Shown: positions 42,215 to 55,439 of the stretch, piece by piece
How the letters are laid out: each line of letters begins with the position of its first letter
Position numbering within the stretch: position 1 is the stretch's first letter
Assembly (NCBI GenBank): GCA_951406725.2
Contig: OX597815.1
Coordinates: 141,360,001-141,424,000, forward strand
From: Octopus vulgaris
Taxonomy: Eukaryota
Direction of reading: 5' to 3'
Length of the DNA: 64,000 bases
The notes under the pieces: generated by a model
The model's database searches: none
What the model saw: the letters and a program-made list of their open reading frames with translations, nothing else
Told to the model about the DNA's origin: nothing
Position numbers and translations under genes: made by a program

Positions 42215-42742
42215 CTCATCTAACCTCCCCCCCGACTCTTCAGTCCTTCTTCTTTTCACCCCTACTCTCTTTCTCTCCTCTTCCCTTCTTCCCTCCTCTT
42301 CTTTCCTCTTTCTTCTTCCCTCTTCCCCTTCTCTCTTTCTCTCTGCTCTCTCTCTCTCTCCCCTCTCTCTCCCCCATCTCTCTCCACCTCCCCCTATCCT
42401 CCCCCTCCTATCCCATCCCCCTCCACTTCTCCTCTCCTTCCTTCTCCTCCCTCCTCTTCTCCTCTTACCTTATCCCCCTCTTCACCTCTTCCCTTCCCCT
42501 CCCCCTCCTCTTCTCCTCTTACCTTATCCCCCTCTTCACCTCTCCCCTTCCCCCTCCCCCTCCTCTTCTCCTCTTTCCTTATCCCCCTCTTCACCTCTCC
42601 CCCTCCCCCCATCTCTCCTCCCCTCTCCCCCTCATCTCCTCCCTCATCTCATTCCCCCTCTCCTCCCTCCTCATCCCCTCTCCTCCCTCCTCATCCCATC
42701 TCCTCCCTCCTCATCCCCTCTCCCCCTCATCTCCTCTCTCTA
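42215..42742. repeat. Polypyrimidine tract with an embedded 54-55 bp x3 minisatellite (42453-42610)
   Basis: Almost G-free C/T tract; the unit cctcttctcctcttaccttatccccctcttcacctct starts at 42453, 42507 and 42562. Confidence 0.9.
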
Positions 42743-43126
42743 CACTACACCATGCGACATTACACATCACAACATACATACACACGTCCAGACCTTTCAT
42801 GCACACTACATACTCTCTCATACACACACGCAGCCTTATGTTGGGGCGAAGTCATTTGACCCTGTTATCTCCCCTATTTTCGCTCTTGCGTCTCACATTT
42901 GATCTCTGACTTCTGACCGGAATCAGATCGCCATGTTGAATCGCTAGCTTCTGCACGCATTTGTTTCTCTCCTTGTTTCTCTCCGTGTTTCTTTTCTGTG
43001 TATCTTTCTGTTGAAGAGCGTAGGCTCGAAGCGTAAAAGACTTGTTTTATTTATATTCCTGAGCACCATACTAATACAATTGTTTGTTTGTACTCCACAT
43101 GCCTGACTTTTGTTTATTTTCATTCG

Positions 43127-43128
<2 letters not shown>
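42740..43128 (+). mobile_element. Non-coding repeat end with degenerate minimal HHR-like motif (43003-43040)
   Basis: tctttctg-TTGAAGA-gcgtaggctc-GAAG-cg-TA-aaaga; ends at (TA)n. Confidence 0.45.
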
Positions 43129-43171
<43 letters not shown>

Positions 43172-43200
43172 CCATAACCACGTATATATGTACACACCAA

Positions 43201-43253
<53 letters not shown>

Positions 43254-43402
43254 AATAAGAATGTTATATACTGAATTTATACGTGTGCTCCATTTTAATA
43301 ATATATTATAATTATACGAGCGATATGTACATACATTAATATAGGGAAATCACACTAGTACATCTTTATGTTGAATTCAATAATAATATATATATTAATA
43401 AT

Positions 43403-43437
<35 letters not shown>

Positions 43438-43440
43438 TAG

Positions 43441-43474
<34 letters not shown>

Positions 43475-43859
43475 GCATATATGCATATGTCACGCGTGTA
43501 ATAAATTCGTTAGTATGACTCAAAATAGAATATCTCTCATCTCGGCTTATGAAAATAAGTCCGATGCCTATGCTCACCACGATAGCAAGACATTTATAAA
43601 AGCGGGATGTAAACAAACAATTAGCTATCTCTTCGCGACTTGTAAAATGTAAGGTCATACAACAGAATCTGGTGTGAACAGAAATTTAAATACACACAAT
43701 AATATATTTACGAGCAACTAATATATTTCCGCGCAATTTATGACACCGGTAACAATAGTAGTGATGGTCAAAACAGAAATAACAGCACTACGTGTAAGCA
43801 TAGCAGTACTGTTACCCGAGATGATGACATTAAAATACGCAAATTTGAATATCGTAAAT

Positions 43860-44880
43860 CCAAAAGTCAGATGAACTTAAGCAATAATGACGTAATCTGG
43901 ATTAATCCTCCTTGGACAGCCAATATTCTTACGAAATTTCCCAAAATGTTACTTATCTCCTTGCAGGGAAAATTTTCCCAAAGTAGTAAATATACGTTAC
44001 TTCTTTAGGTACATGGCTCGATTTATTTTTCGCGGGGTGGGCACTCGATTGTATCTATTCCAGTACGTAACTGGTACTTAATTTATCAACCCAGAAAGGA
44101 TGAAAGACAAAATCGACCTCGGCGGAATTTGAACTCATAAAGTAAACACAGACGAAAAACCGATAAGCAATACGCCCGGCGTGCTAGCGTTTCTGCCAAG
44201 CTCGCCGCCTTCAGAGTATTAAATATCACCGTACGTTGAATAGATCTATAAGAATTTGTTTTTCAACTTACATATTCTAGCTAGTATTATAGCGAGTATA
44301 AGTAGGAATAATATCAAAATGGCTTGTCACGATATAAATCGTATGATTAACAACCCTGAGTGCCATGACATTTATAGTAACAATCGTGTCATACGCCATT
44401 TAAACAGTCAAGTATCTATCATAAGTATTCCTGATACAGTCAATCAACTGACTAATTCAACATCTATATACATTACATCTACATGTAGCAATACTTGCAA
44501 CCCCAGTTGCAGCAATAGTGCAAAAGGCGGTTGTGAAAATATAAACGTTAACACTAATATTGTGGCAATCAACCCAAATAACATCCACATTGATTCTCCT
44601 GCAAATGAAGATTCAGTAACTATTAATGACCATGCTGTTTTAATTTCCACCATTGCAATGGTAATGCAGTTGCTGGTAATTATAACCCCACTTTCTCTTA
44701 CGTAACTCCCGTACATTCGGGTAATTATATCAGATCTAGCAATAGTTATCACTCTCTGCGTTCCTACAGGCACCATTGGCCATAAATTTCCTACTTTATG
44801 TAATTGAAATTACAAATCCCTAAGCCCTGTAAATAATTGTCTCATTAACAATATTCTCAATAGATGTTACGTAATAACTA
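43860..44880 (+). pseudogene. Penelope-like element fragment (post-RT linker), interrupted by a SINE
   Basis: DVIWINPPWTANILTKFPKMLL (equivalent to IIWFNPPF..N..T), then after the SINE KYHRTLNRSIRICFS..ILASIIAS (equivalent to YHKIFNR..IKISYSC..SII), followed by the N-rich ORF 44256-44705. Confidence 0.7.
44035..44212 (-). mobile_element. SINE family C (best-preserved copy)
   Basis: Minus strand: aaggcggcgagcttggcagaaacgctagcacgccgggcg...gagttcaaattccgccgaggtcga...cctttctgggttgataaattaagtaccagt; A and B boxes present. Confidence 0.85.
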
Positions 44881-45074
44881 GTCAGAACTCATTTACTTCA
44901 TTTTTTGCACTTTTTGCAGAATTAAGTACGAAAGAATTAATTTCCAAATTACTTGTAGCAAATAAAATATGCCTTACCCTCTTCAAATGATAGGTACGCA
45001 TACCTTCTTTGCTGCAACGAATTATGGGAAATATATGAATTTCAGGTAATATCCTTAGGAAGTGTAATGAATTT

Positions 45075-45270
45075 AGGGTCAAATGCTCACAGCAATACGT
45101 GCTAACCGATCACAGCGATGCTCTTCCCTTGCCTGTCTTCGTGCTGAAGCCATCTTAAGTGCAATGAGAGAGTTCTTCCTGGCGGCGTTCTCGGCAGATT
45201 CATTTGCACTACACGTTTACTCTTTGCAGTATTTGTTTGACGACCTATATTGGATTTTGAATCGGGGCAT
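45075..45270 (-). pseudogene. Possible Helitron Rep/helicase N-terminal fragment
   Basis: Frameshifted MPR..KSNIGRQTNTAK..ANESAENAARK..MASARRQAREE resembles the basic N-termini of animal Helitron proteins. Confidence 0.35.
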
Positions 45271-45677
45271 GGTGGGAAATTATCAGTTTACGCAATAGAA
45301 ACAGTCCCAAGGAAAAAGCGGTGAATGTGTACCACTCCCAAAAATAGTAAAATGTAGTGGGCAAAAATGTTAATCTAAGAGACCTAATTAAGAATTTTAA
45401 ATTTTGGGCAAGAGTTTTCAAGTGGCTTGTTTAAGTTCGAATAATTATATGAAAAGGATCGCTCACGTGAAAACAGAGGCACATCGTAACTCGCAAATGA
45501 ATACTGCTGGCAGCACTGCGCAAGCAGACGATAAGAGCTCACTACAGTTGACAAAGTAAAGTATTGATTTTTTCCAGAGGGTATGTGTCGCGTTTTTTCG
45601 CTAGCTCAAGCCAAATCCTAGGCGAATTGAGAGTAGTCTATTTATGCGCGGAATTTTAAAAATTCATTATTTTCTTT

Positions 45678-45707
45678 AACCCGAGAAACGCCGGGTATTC
45701 CTGCTAG
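45678..45707 (+). mobile_element. Helitron 3' terminus
   Basis: aacccgagaaacgccgggtattcctgCTAG-t: hairpin plus CTAG, similar to the end of the element at 19978-20730; 5' boundary not found. Confidence 0.7.
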
Positions 45708-46085
45708 TATATATATGTGTGTGTGTGTGTGGCAAACAATGGAGGGGATATAAAAATGACATACATCAGCCGGTAGACATTCTATTATGCCTATTAATTC
45801 AAAACAAAATGGAGTATTATAGGAACATACACATGCAAAGACTGTGTGCTACACATATACTAGTAATACATAAAAGAGTACAAGATTAAAACATTAAAAA
45901 ATCAAAAGATTAATAGATTTTATATATATATATATTCAAAATATGGGGGTTTAGTTCACAGGTAAGCTAAACGATTAGATACGCTAGGTAAGTACTGTAA
46001 TGGATTACTAAGGCTCCAAGGTTATAATCGAGACGGTAGTTATGGAGCCATTGCAGTGTCCCTTCCTATATAGTTGATATACATT

Positions 46086-46704
46086 TGTTAAGGAGAAAAA
46101 CAAACGTTGAGGCAAGGCAAACATTTCAAATCACGTACATTATTATTATTGGGAAAAAGATCAAAGTCTTACAACTGTTTTGGGGTTATCTCAGAGTATG
46201 GGATATTAGGAAATCGGAGATAAATAAGGAAAATGAGAAGGTTTTTAGATTAATGAAATTATGATATAGAGGACAGGAGTAAAGGAATAAAGAGACGAAG
46301 AAAGGGACAAAAAAGAAGCATATAGGTTCAGAGTTCAACATTTCCGTCATGCTGGTATTGAAAGTTGATATGTTCACGTCTGTTTTTCTGGATGCTTACA
46401 ATAGATAGACTCTAACCCACATGGATTTACGCAGGACTTATGAACGTATTTTTACAAGACGGCAAATTTGAACTGTGAATTTTTATGCTCCATTTTTGTT
46501 CTCTCTCTTCAACTCTTTATTACTTTATTCCTGTCCTGTATGTCATCATTTTGTTAACTTATACTCTTCTCATTTTCCCTATTTGTCTCCGATTTCAAAA
46601 TATCCATTACTCTAGGATATCCCAGAATTACGTGTAAGACTTTGAATTTATATTACCAAGAATAATAATTATATGACCTTAAGGTTTGTTGTCCCCTTTA
46701 ACAG
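46086..46704. repeat. Long diverged inverted repeat (arms about 250 bp)
   Basis: 46086-46350 aligns with the reverse complement of 46456-46704 (e.g. gaaatcggagataaataaggaaaatgagaag / cttctcattttccctatttgtctccgatttc). Confidence 0.85.
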
Positions 46705-46771
<67 letters not shown>

Positions 46772-46791
46772 TGTATGTATGATGTATGTGT

Positions 46792-46849
<58 letters not shown>

Positions 46850-47257
46850 AGTTTATTTAACAGAAACGTTTTTGACTAGGTATGTAAAAGCCCCTATTTT
46901 TATGCCGACTATAACCTAATGATACCTACTTGCTATAACAGTTTTATATCGTAGTACGGAGCTGTGCTGATTTAACTTTTCATCCCCCTACCAAATACAC
47001 AAAGAATTACCCAGAAAAATCCAATCCCCCTTTTGTTTGGTCACACTTAAGAAATATCCTTCGGTTATATATTCGCCGCTTCTAACGTTAGTGCCATATC
47101 CCTTGATGAATTGATTACATGACCTACCCGTTGTCCATGGATACTACAGACTGTAGAGTAATCATCCCAGGAGTACGGACTAATGATCTTTGCAAACCCG
47201 TGATTTGTGGAAACTCGCGTAGAAATGCATTAAAATATTTATAAATTCTATCCGTTA

Positions 47258-47299
<42 letters not shown>

Positions 47300-47341
47300 T
47301 CATACACATTCCAGTATTCATACATGGAGATATGCCTGGGA

Positions 47342-47381
<40 letters not shown>

Positions 47382-47909
47382 GGGGGAGATAGAGAGAAAG
47401 TAAGAAAGAAATTGTTTGAAATTCGCAAATGTCAAATAGTATAAAAGTATTTGTTCTGTTACCAGGTCTGAATTTTCAGATATATAACAATAAATATTTC
47501 GGCCTCTTGCATCCATACTATTGCTCCTTACTCTAAAGGTTTTCACCTATGGCATCATTGGAATATTTACTCAACTAGGTTTTAAGTTAATCCATTTTGC
47601 GACACCTTTAACACACACCACTGCTCAATCATGTAGACATAACATTCAATTTCACTTAAAATTCTGTCTAAATCACGAGTACGTCATACATTATGCATTA
47701 GGAGGTATTAGCGAAAGGCTACATGTTCAAAGCTGGAATTCCTGCAATCATAATTACAAATATTTAGCTACCATAGAAATTAACAAGAATATCCTCAATA
47801 ATGCTTTCACTTCTTTTTTTTTATTTTATGTCTTAGGGAACAACAGACAGAAAGTGTCTCCAATCTATATCTTTGTAAGTAATGAATTCTATATTATGAT
47901 ATTGGTCTA

Positions 47910-48093
47910 AAGATTTGACACAGCCGGCAATTTCGAGGTCGGAGTATGGTCGATTACATCAACCCCAGGTCTCAACAAGTACTTATTTTATCGACTCCGA
48001 AAGTATGAAAGTCAAAGTCAACCACTGCAGAATTTGAATTTAGAACGCGAAAATCGACGAAATGCCGCTAAGCATTTTACGCGCTCGTTGCCT
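47910..48093 (-). mobile_element. SINE family C
   Basis: gtcgattacatcaacccc..gtacttattttatcgactccgaaagtatgaaagtcaaagtcaac..gaatttgaa..gaaatgccgctaagcattt. Confidence 0.8.
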
Positions 48094-49134
48094 ATGCTAT
48101 GCCATCCATTCAGAAGATGTATTTCGAATCAATAGTTTACGAAAACAGCACAAAATAAACGTTGGGAACAAATTCAAAACGATCACTGTAAAGAATAGTA
48201 CAGTAAACATTATATGTGACATTTGAAATAGAATGAATAATTTTCCCTATACAGAAATGTGAACGCAGTCATAGAAACACAAATATCCATTTCCTGAAAC
48301 GTTTACATATACACTCTTATCATTCCGATTTTCTTTTACGTAGTCTACTCATATCAGAGAAATGTCATTGAGTGATTGTTTTTAATTGATTTTTATAAGA
48401 CGTTATGAATAAATGTTACCTTTTCTTTTTGAAGTGGGAGTTCTCAATATATATGTGTGCCTCTGTATGTGTACACTGATTTTAATTTGTATATAGAAAT
48501 GTCTAAGGTCGATAACCGACTGAACGTGTTATATATCATCTATTGTATTCATCTTTTACGCACATAACATTCTGTCAGTGTTAATGAGATCTACAACAAA
48601 AACAAAGTTCATATACATGCAAATTAACTCCTGTAACGATATTGGATTACATAATACTATATGGAAATTCACTTTCATCTTAAATATTTCAAGAATATCC
48701 AATAGTGTTTATTCCCAGATGAGATTATGCGTCTGGAATGGATCACTTAATTTCCTTAAGTTATTTTAAAACAAATTAAAATGCAGTTCATCAATTACGG
48801 CCGTTTAAAGAGTATGGAATAGCCATTCCTTCACATGATTAATATACGATATAAACTATACTATCAGCATACAAACAGCCAGTTGCTAATATGTTTGATA
48901 GTTGGCAGATTGCCACATCATTCCGTGATCCGAAGCAATTAGGTTGATTAGATAACAGCTAGTTTCAAGTAGTATGTTTCCGATAAACATTTCATATTAT
49001 ATGAGTAAAGCATAATAAGTCTATTGACTATAATATTTGTAGTAGAACCGGTAGGGTGTCAGAGAATCTACTTTACCCAGGATATTTTCAGTAGATTCTG
49101 TAATTTAACGTAACAATATTCGAAGACTACGCTA

Positions 49135-49270
49135 GGCGCTGGCATAGCAGAGTGGTTGAACAGCTCACAATAAAGCAACGTAGTTTCCAGGTTCAGTTCC
49201 ACTACACGGCAAATTGGGCATGTGCCTGTAATTATAGTTTCGAGTCAAACGGAACTGAATTAAAGCCTTT
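49135..49270 (+). mobile_element. SINE family A, diverged 5' part
   Basis: ggcgctggcatagcagagtggtt...ccaggttcagttccactacacggcaaattgggcatgtg aligns with 21263-21360. Confidence 0.6.
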
Positions 49271-49290
49271 TCATATATATATATATATAC

Positions 49291-49760
49291 ATATTGTTGT
49301 ATTTTAGGATGTTTTATTGCATTTTAGGATCTTTGCCAAATAAGCACACTCACTGTATATTTTTTCTTCACTCGTTTATTACTGTTCTTATTTTATTATT
49401 TTAACTCATGTCCATTGTTCGGAAATCTTTCGGCACGCATCTGGGATCTCTTCAGCGACACTTATTCTTTTCGCGTATGTCTAGCTACGCTTGCTCCATT
49501 TCTGTTCTTGTAAGGTGTGCATTTTTGTGCGCGCATGCGTTTGTGTACATCTTTGTGTACATCTTTGTGTGTGTGTGTGAGTGTGTGTGTGTGTGTGTGT
49601 GAGTGTGTGCGTGTGTGACGAAATATTTCTGGACAATGGACATGAATTAAACAAATAAAATAAGAACAGTAATAAACGAGTGAAGAAAAAATATACTGTG
49701 CGTGTGTTTATTTGGAAAAAAAGACCGTCCCGATATACAACAATATCGCTTTCAACACAC
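49291..49760. repeat. Fold-back repeat (family H3), copy 2, with HHR-like motif at 49416-49460 on the minus strand
   Basis: Arms 49291-49439 and 49612-49746 are inverted; minus strand reads tgtcg-CTGAAGA-g...c-GAAA-gatt-TC-cgaaca. Confidence 0.85.
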
Positions 49761-49855
49761 GATTTCACTTCAAGAATATTCCAACACTAATTGATTACCG
49801 TATACACACACACACACAGACACACACACACACGCACACACACACACATATATTT

Positions 49856-50235
49856 TTTTATTCTTTTATGTGTTTGAGTCATTTGACTGTGGACATGCTG
49901 GAACACCGCCTTTAATCGAGTAAATCGACCCCAGGACCTATTCTTTGTAAGCCTAGTACTTATTCTATTGGTTTCTTTTGCCGAACCGCTAAGTTACGGG
50001 GACGTAAACACACCTGCATCGGTTGTCAGGTGATGGTCAGGAGGCAAAACACAGACACACAAACATATACAAACACAAACACACATATATATATAAATAT
50101 ACGACGGCTTCTTACAGTTTCCGTCTACCAAATTGATTCACAAAGTTTTGGTCGGCCCGAGGCTATAGTAGTGGGACTGAACAGGGAACCATGTGGTTGG
50201 TAAGTAAGCTACTACCACACTGCCACTCCTGCGCC
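49856..50235 (-). mobile_element. SINE family A, near full-length with a short internal deletion
   Basis: Reverse complement of 21263-21673; lacks the segment between ggctatagta and gtgggactgaac. Confidence 0.9.
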
Positions 50236-50294
50236 TATATATATAGGAGCAAGAGTGGTTATATATACACACACACATATTATATATATAAATG

Positions 50295-51330
50295 TGAAAT
50301 CCAGGGATGGAGGTGTAGGGAGAAAGTAGCTTCAACCAATCAGTAGGAAATCTAAAGAAACTTTCAGGGACAATAGCGGTATATCGATACCGAAGTTAGT
50401 GGATATTGTTCGTATCGAAGAACGATAGACTGAGAAAAGTTCTTTTCACATTCCCTGGTAGGCGACCAGAGTTGCCGGGTGTGCGAATAAAAATACATCA
50501 GTTACGGGATGGATTAGGAAAGATCCGGGCTACTATTTTTCATAGCGAGCGGAACCTCAGAAGTGATAAAATCCAAGAGAGTTGTATACCGTCGCCTACT
50601 CTTCAGGTCAACAATGCCTTGATTACATTAAAGGTTTCATTGTCGCAAAAAGGTACATGTTGACGCAAGGTAGATCCAATCAGAATGTGAAGAGAGCACT
50701 GTATGAGAGGAACATATAAATAGAGGGAGAAATAAGTATTAGAAGAAAGGAAAAAAACAAGAGAGAGGAGGGGTCAATTCAAGCAAGGTCAACTGACTTG
50801 TAGTAAATAATAGAGTTTATTTAGTAGATTTTAATAAGCGGATTGGTATTTGAAGAAAAGATAATTTGGAAGGGAGAGGGTGGAGAAATATTTGGGTCGT
50901 GGTGGAGAAAGATAATTTGTATGAATAAAGCAAGGTAGAGTAAGGAGTGAAAGCTCGGGTTATTTGACTATCGATATGCAAAGGGCTTTCTTGGCCGAAT
51001 CACATAAATTAGCAAGGGAATGGTACAATAAAAAAAAAATCAACACAATATGAAGAGGTGGAGGTGTATGTAGGCGTGTGTACTTGGAATGGAGGGGCAG
51101 GAGTGGGAGGGAGTTGAAATAAAAGAAAACAACTTTTTTGTTCAGATGGTAATGAAAATACAGAGAGAAGTTTGTAACTGACGATCAAAGAATTAAAGGA
51201 GAGAAATATTGTTGGTTGAATATATAATGGTAGTGAGGGTGGATAAAAGGTAAAAAGTGTATGAATGTTAGGAGGAGAAAAGAGCGGGCTGAGGTTGTAA
51301 TTATTTGTATTTTGAGAATAGATTTAGTGA
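50295..51330 (-). pseudogene. Penelope-like element RT remnant (Penelope/Poseidon-like), highly decayed
   Basis: Minus-strand motifs TTLLDFITS, IRTPGNSGRL (equivalent to IHKPGNPGRPI) and SPYTSIP (equivalent to SLYTSIP) in the expected order; upstream boundary inferred from composition. Confidence 0.55.
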
Positions 51331-51399
51331 CCGATGTTTGCAGGTGAATATTATACTGCTGCGTTCATTGAGACAATCCGTGGACTGCAAAATTATTAC

Positions 51400-54300
51400 C
51401 AAAACCTCGGCTATTCAGAGATCAGACTTGTTACAGCTACTGTAAGGCTTGGCGTGGGCGATGTACCACTTGAGCGTGAAAAGAGTCAAATCAAGTGTTA
51501 GTTTACTGATAAATTGTGATCACATTGTACTGTTGGATTTTGTTTGGGACTTCAAACTGGAGTAGTGGTTGTTCACTCTAGCTTTGAATGTTGTGCTACA
51601 TTTGCCGACATAGATGTAGTTACAATCATCAGTTGAAACTGTGCTCTAATAAATTGTTTTGTTTTTTTTGTGTTTGTAGCAAAACCATCTTCCCAAAATA
51701 TATTACCGTTGCTATAGGTTTTGAAATGAATCTTCGTCACCTATCTCGACGTATTTCGTTAGCTCTTTCGTATTTCTTTTACGTCTTTCTTCCTCTGGTA
51801 ATAGCTTATCAAAACAGAATTGTGTTCTTGCGAACAACAATTCTGCGGGTGACTTCCCTGAATTTGTACTTGGATTGGGGGACACTGTATATACTTCAGA
51901 ACTTTGTCAGTACTTCATCGTTACTTAATTCATTCCTCGCTTCCTCGCTTTTCTTAACGCTTTCCTAAAAGTGTCCACAAACATTTCTACCTTGACCTCG
52001 ATTGGTAGATTGGAGTGAAAATATTTCTTTTTACTGAAGTTCTTGTATTCATACCCAGAGAATTACGTTCCGTTGTCTGAAACTAGTGTGGCAGGGACAC
52101 CGTATCACGCAAACAAGTTTGTATAAGAACTTTATAGTTGTCTTAGAGGTTGGTCTATAGCACCTTCGAACCTCTGGCCACTTAGTATCGCTAACTACTA
52201 CGATTAGGTAGTCGTTAACCAGTCCGGCATAGTCAATGTGTAACTTACACCATGGATTCTCCGTTACTGGCCACGTTTGATATTTTACCGGCGGAGCTTT
52301 GGCCGCGAGCACGCAACTTCGGCACATTCTTATCAAGTTTTTGATATCTCGGTCCATAGACGACCAATAGACGTCGGAGCGTTCATCTTTGGTATTTCTG
52401 CGATGTCCCCTGTGACATTGTTGCAATACACCGTTTTGTAACGTAGTTGGAACCATCATACTTCGGGAAAACATCGGAATAACGTCACAAATTGAAAACC
52501 TGACATCTAAATTTTTATTCTGTTTGTTGTTTTAAGCTTTTTTTTTATATATTTTCGTAATATACTCAACGCCTACAGCTTTCATTCTTATATCCTCAGC
52601 CGTCACTGGTAGTTCTTAGATAACATTCGTTATAATACTTTTAATTTCACTTTCTGCCTGCAGAATATTCTAATGATTCCATGTTTTTTTAGAATTAACT
52701 TCGAAAAGCAGTCCGCATGGCTGATTTTGAAATTATAATTTAGTAACATTACAGCCCATCGTTGCAGGCAGCTGGCAGCATGAGTCAGTAACCTTTTTTC
52801 AGACCCATAAATCGACAGCAAATGTCTATGATCTGTTTGCAATAAAAAACCTCTGCCATGCAGAAACTTGTAAAATTGTTCAAGTGAAAATATAATTGCT
52901 GGGGCCTCCTTTTCAATTTGATTATATCTGTTCTCTGCAGTTATTAGTGAGGGCGAAATATGGAGCACTCTTTTTGTACCTTCATCTTCGTATTTATGAA
53001 TTAGAACTGCGCCTAATCCGTGCTTCGGAACATCAAACGCTACAATGATGTCAATTTTGAGATCATAATGTGCTAACGACATGTTTGAAATGAGAATCTT
53101 TTTTGTTTCTTCAAAAGTATTCTAGTTGACCAATTCCACTTTCTCACTTTTTTAGTAAGTCGTTCAATGGAGCTCTTAGCTTGTGCATATTAAGGATGTA
53201 GTTTTGATAACAGTTTGCCAACCCAATAAATTCTTGAAAAGTTGGAATAGTTGTCGGCGCAGATATATTCCTTATTGCACCTTTCCTCGACTGGTCAGGA
53301 CGTCTACCACTTTTATCAGTTATTTGCGCTAAGTACTTAATTTGGATTTGTAAGAATTCGCGTTTTCCTTCACTCAAAGTGCACCCCAAAACTTTAATTT
53401 TCTTAAACATGAATTTTATGTGTTCCACATGCTGTTCACGAGAATTATTCTTGATCAAAATAAGTATGTGATTGCAAATTTACAATCAGATAACATAGTA
53501 TCCATGATTTGCTGGAATGTAGCTAGTGCCAATTTTAATCCAAAAGTTAATCATGTGTATCTGTAACAGCCACTGAGTGTATTTATTGTGAAATACTTCG
53601 AATATCGTTCATTCTGTAAATAGGCTTCAGAAAGATCTAATTTGGAAATTTTTTACCATCATTCAACTTTGAAGAGATGTCATCTACGGTCAGGAGTGGA
53701 TGTTGGAATGTTTTTAAGCAGTCGTTCCCTTTTGTAGAGAAATAAACATACAGCCTAATCTTTTTTAAATGCATACCGTAGGTGCCGCCCACTTCGAGTA
53801 ATCCATCGTTTGACAACTCCACTCTTTTCGAGTCTGTCCACCTCTTCATTTACGGTTTCCATTGCCGCGAACGGCACGTATCTATTTGCTTGAAATACAA
53901 GTACAGCGTTTTAACTTACTTGGAATTAAACTTATGCCTTTCTACATAGACCTAATTCCTCTGTTAACACTTGCGGGAACACTTTTTTAAGTTCTTCGAG
54001 GACTTGTTTTTAACGAGACAACCATTTATGTTATTGCAATAAAGATTTGTGGGGAGGTGCCTTAAATCGAATAGTTCTAACGAATCTGTACCAAACAGAT
54101 CGACGATATCGTCCGCAACGAATAATTTTGGTTCACAGTGTTTCTCCTGGAAATGTGTTCTTGTTTTTCCATCGAAAATCACTCATCGCTGAAAACACCC
54201 TAAAACTTTTTGTTTTTGAGCTTTGTAGTTTTGTTCTACAAGGAGAACTCCTGTGTCCCAGCTTCTGACAACTATTGCACATTTTGTTTTTAAACGAACA

Positions 54301-54600
54301 ATCAGTTTTTATAGTGTAGGCTTACACAACCATAACACGGATTTTGACACTCTGTTTTGATTCTGCTTCCCGGGACGACACATTTGAATATTTTCAGTTT
54401 TTATCTTTATTTTTCACGTCATGTTTAAAATTTACCATAGTCTGATATTCTTCTGCGATAATCTGTAGAGATATATCCTGGTTCCTTTGCTCCGTTTTCG
54501 AAGAATCCTGACCCGATTTTCTCCATCTTCAGGTGCTATAAATCCTTGCACGAAGATAAGTGAGTTAAATTAGTGGGTTTGTATCTACTACAAATCCACT
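51400..54600 (-). mobile_element. Ty3/gypsy LTR retrotransposon internal region, decayed
   Basis: Ordered gag zinc knuckles (CYGC..H..C, CNSCQKLGH..C near 54250-54345), protease region, RT (53144-53849), RNase H (DVPKHGLGAVL..YNQIEKEA..TDHRHL) and integrase (CRSC..PWCKLHIDYAG..KWPEV). Many frameshifts; no LTRs recognised. Confidence 0.92.
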
Positions 54601-55246
54601 AATTCCAAACATTACCTCCTGTTCACCTTCAGTCACCCAAAGCACACGAACGAAGACAAACATCCCCTTCAATCTAACGACAAGAATCTATACAATTGCC
54701 TCAAATTATGAAATGCGAAATAGAAGCACCAAGAACTAAAGTAAAGTTCACGGCTTTGTGTAGCCTATGTGGTGTTGAAAATTAGCTAACATAGATATAA
54801 TAAAATACAGTGATAGAAGTCTTTGATAATGATAAGAAAATGTTAAGAGACGTTGTGCGTTTAACCAGTTTACATAAAAGTGTTCAAAATAGGCAGTAAA
54901 ATATGTTCATAATTGTTTATAAGTTAATCAAATATTATAAATGTTTACAAGAATATATACAGGAATAATTTTTTGACAGTATTTGATAGGAGAAAGTGTG
55001 TATTGTTTTGTCAAAAGTTGGTCAGAAATCATAATTGTTTATAAGAATTTTAGAGGAATGACCAACTTTATTTCTTCATCTCCAGTCTTGTATATGTGTT
55101 TTGCATATACAAGGTTCGTTAGGAGCAGTCACATGATCTGCTTTCGAATAACTTTGTTTTTGGCCTAGCCTGTCATGGTTCGGTAGTTTTTCAAATGATC
55201 TTAGAGTTCATGATGGTGTGAGTGTGTGTGTGTCCGTGAGCACGGT

Positions 55247-55366
<120 letters not shown>

Positions 55367-55439
55367 TCTGTATGTGTGTAGTGGTTTTTGAGTTCTTGGA
55401 AATAATTGTAAATCTCTCGATAAACAGTGTATGCCATGA

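Noticed and set aside
42147-42909. Longest ORFs (251 and 233 aa, P/S/L-rich)
   Set aside because: Open only because the C/T tract rarely forms stop codons.
47172-47228. CTAATGA...GAAA-ctcgcg-TA as a standalone hammerhead call
   Set aside because: Core change and no stem I; counted only as a weak degenerate candidate.
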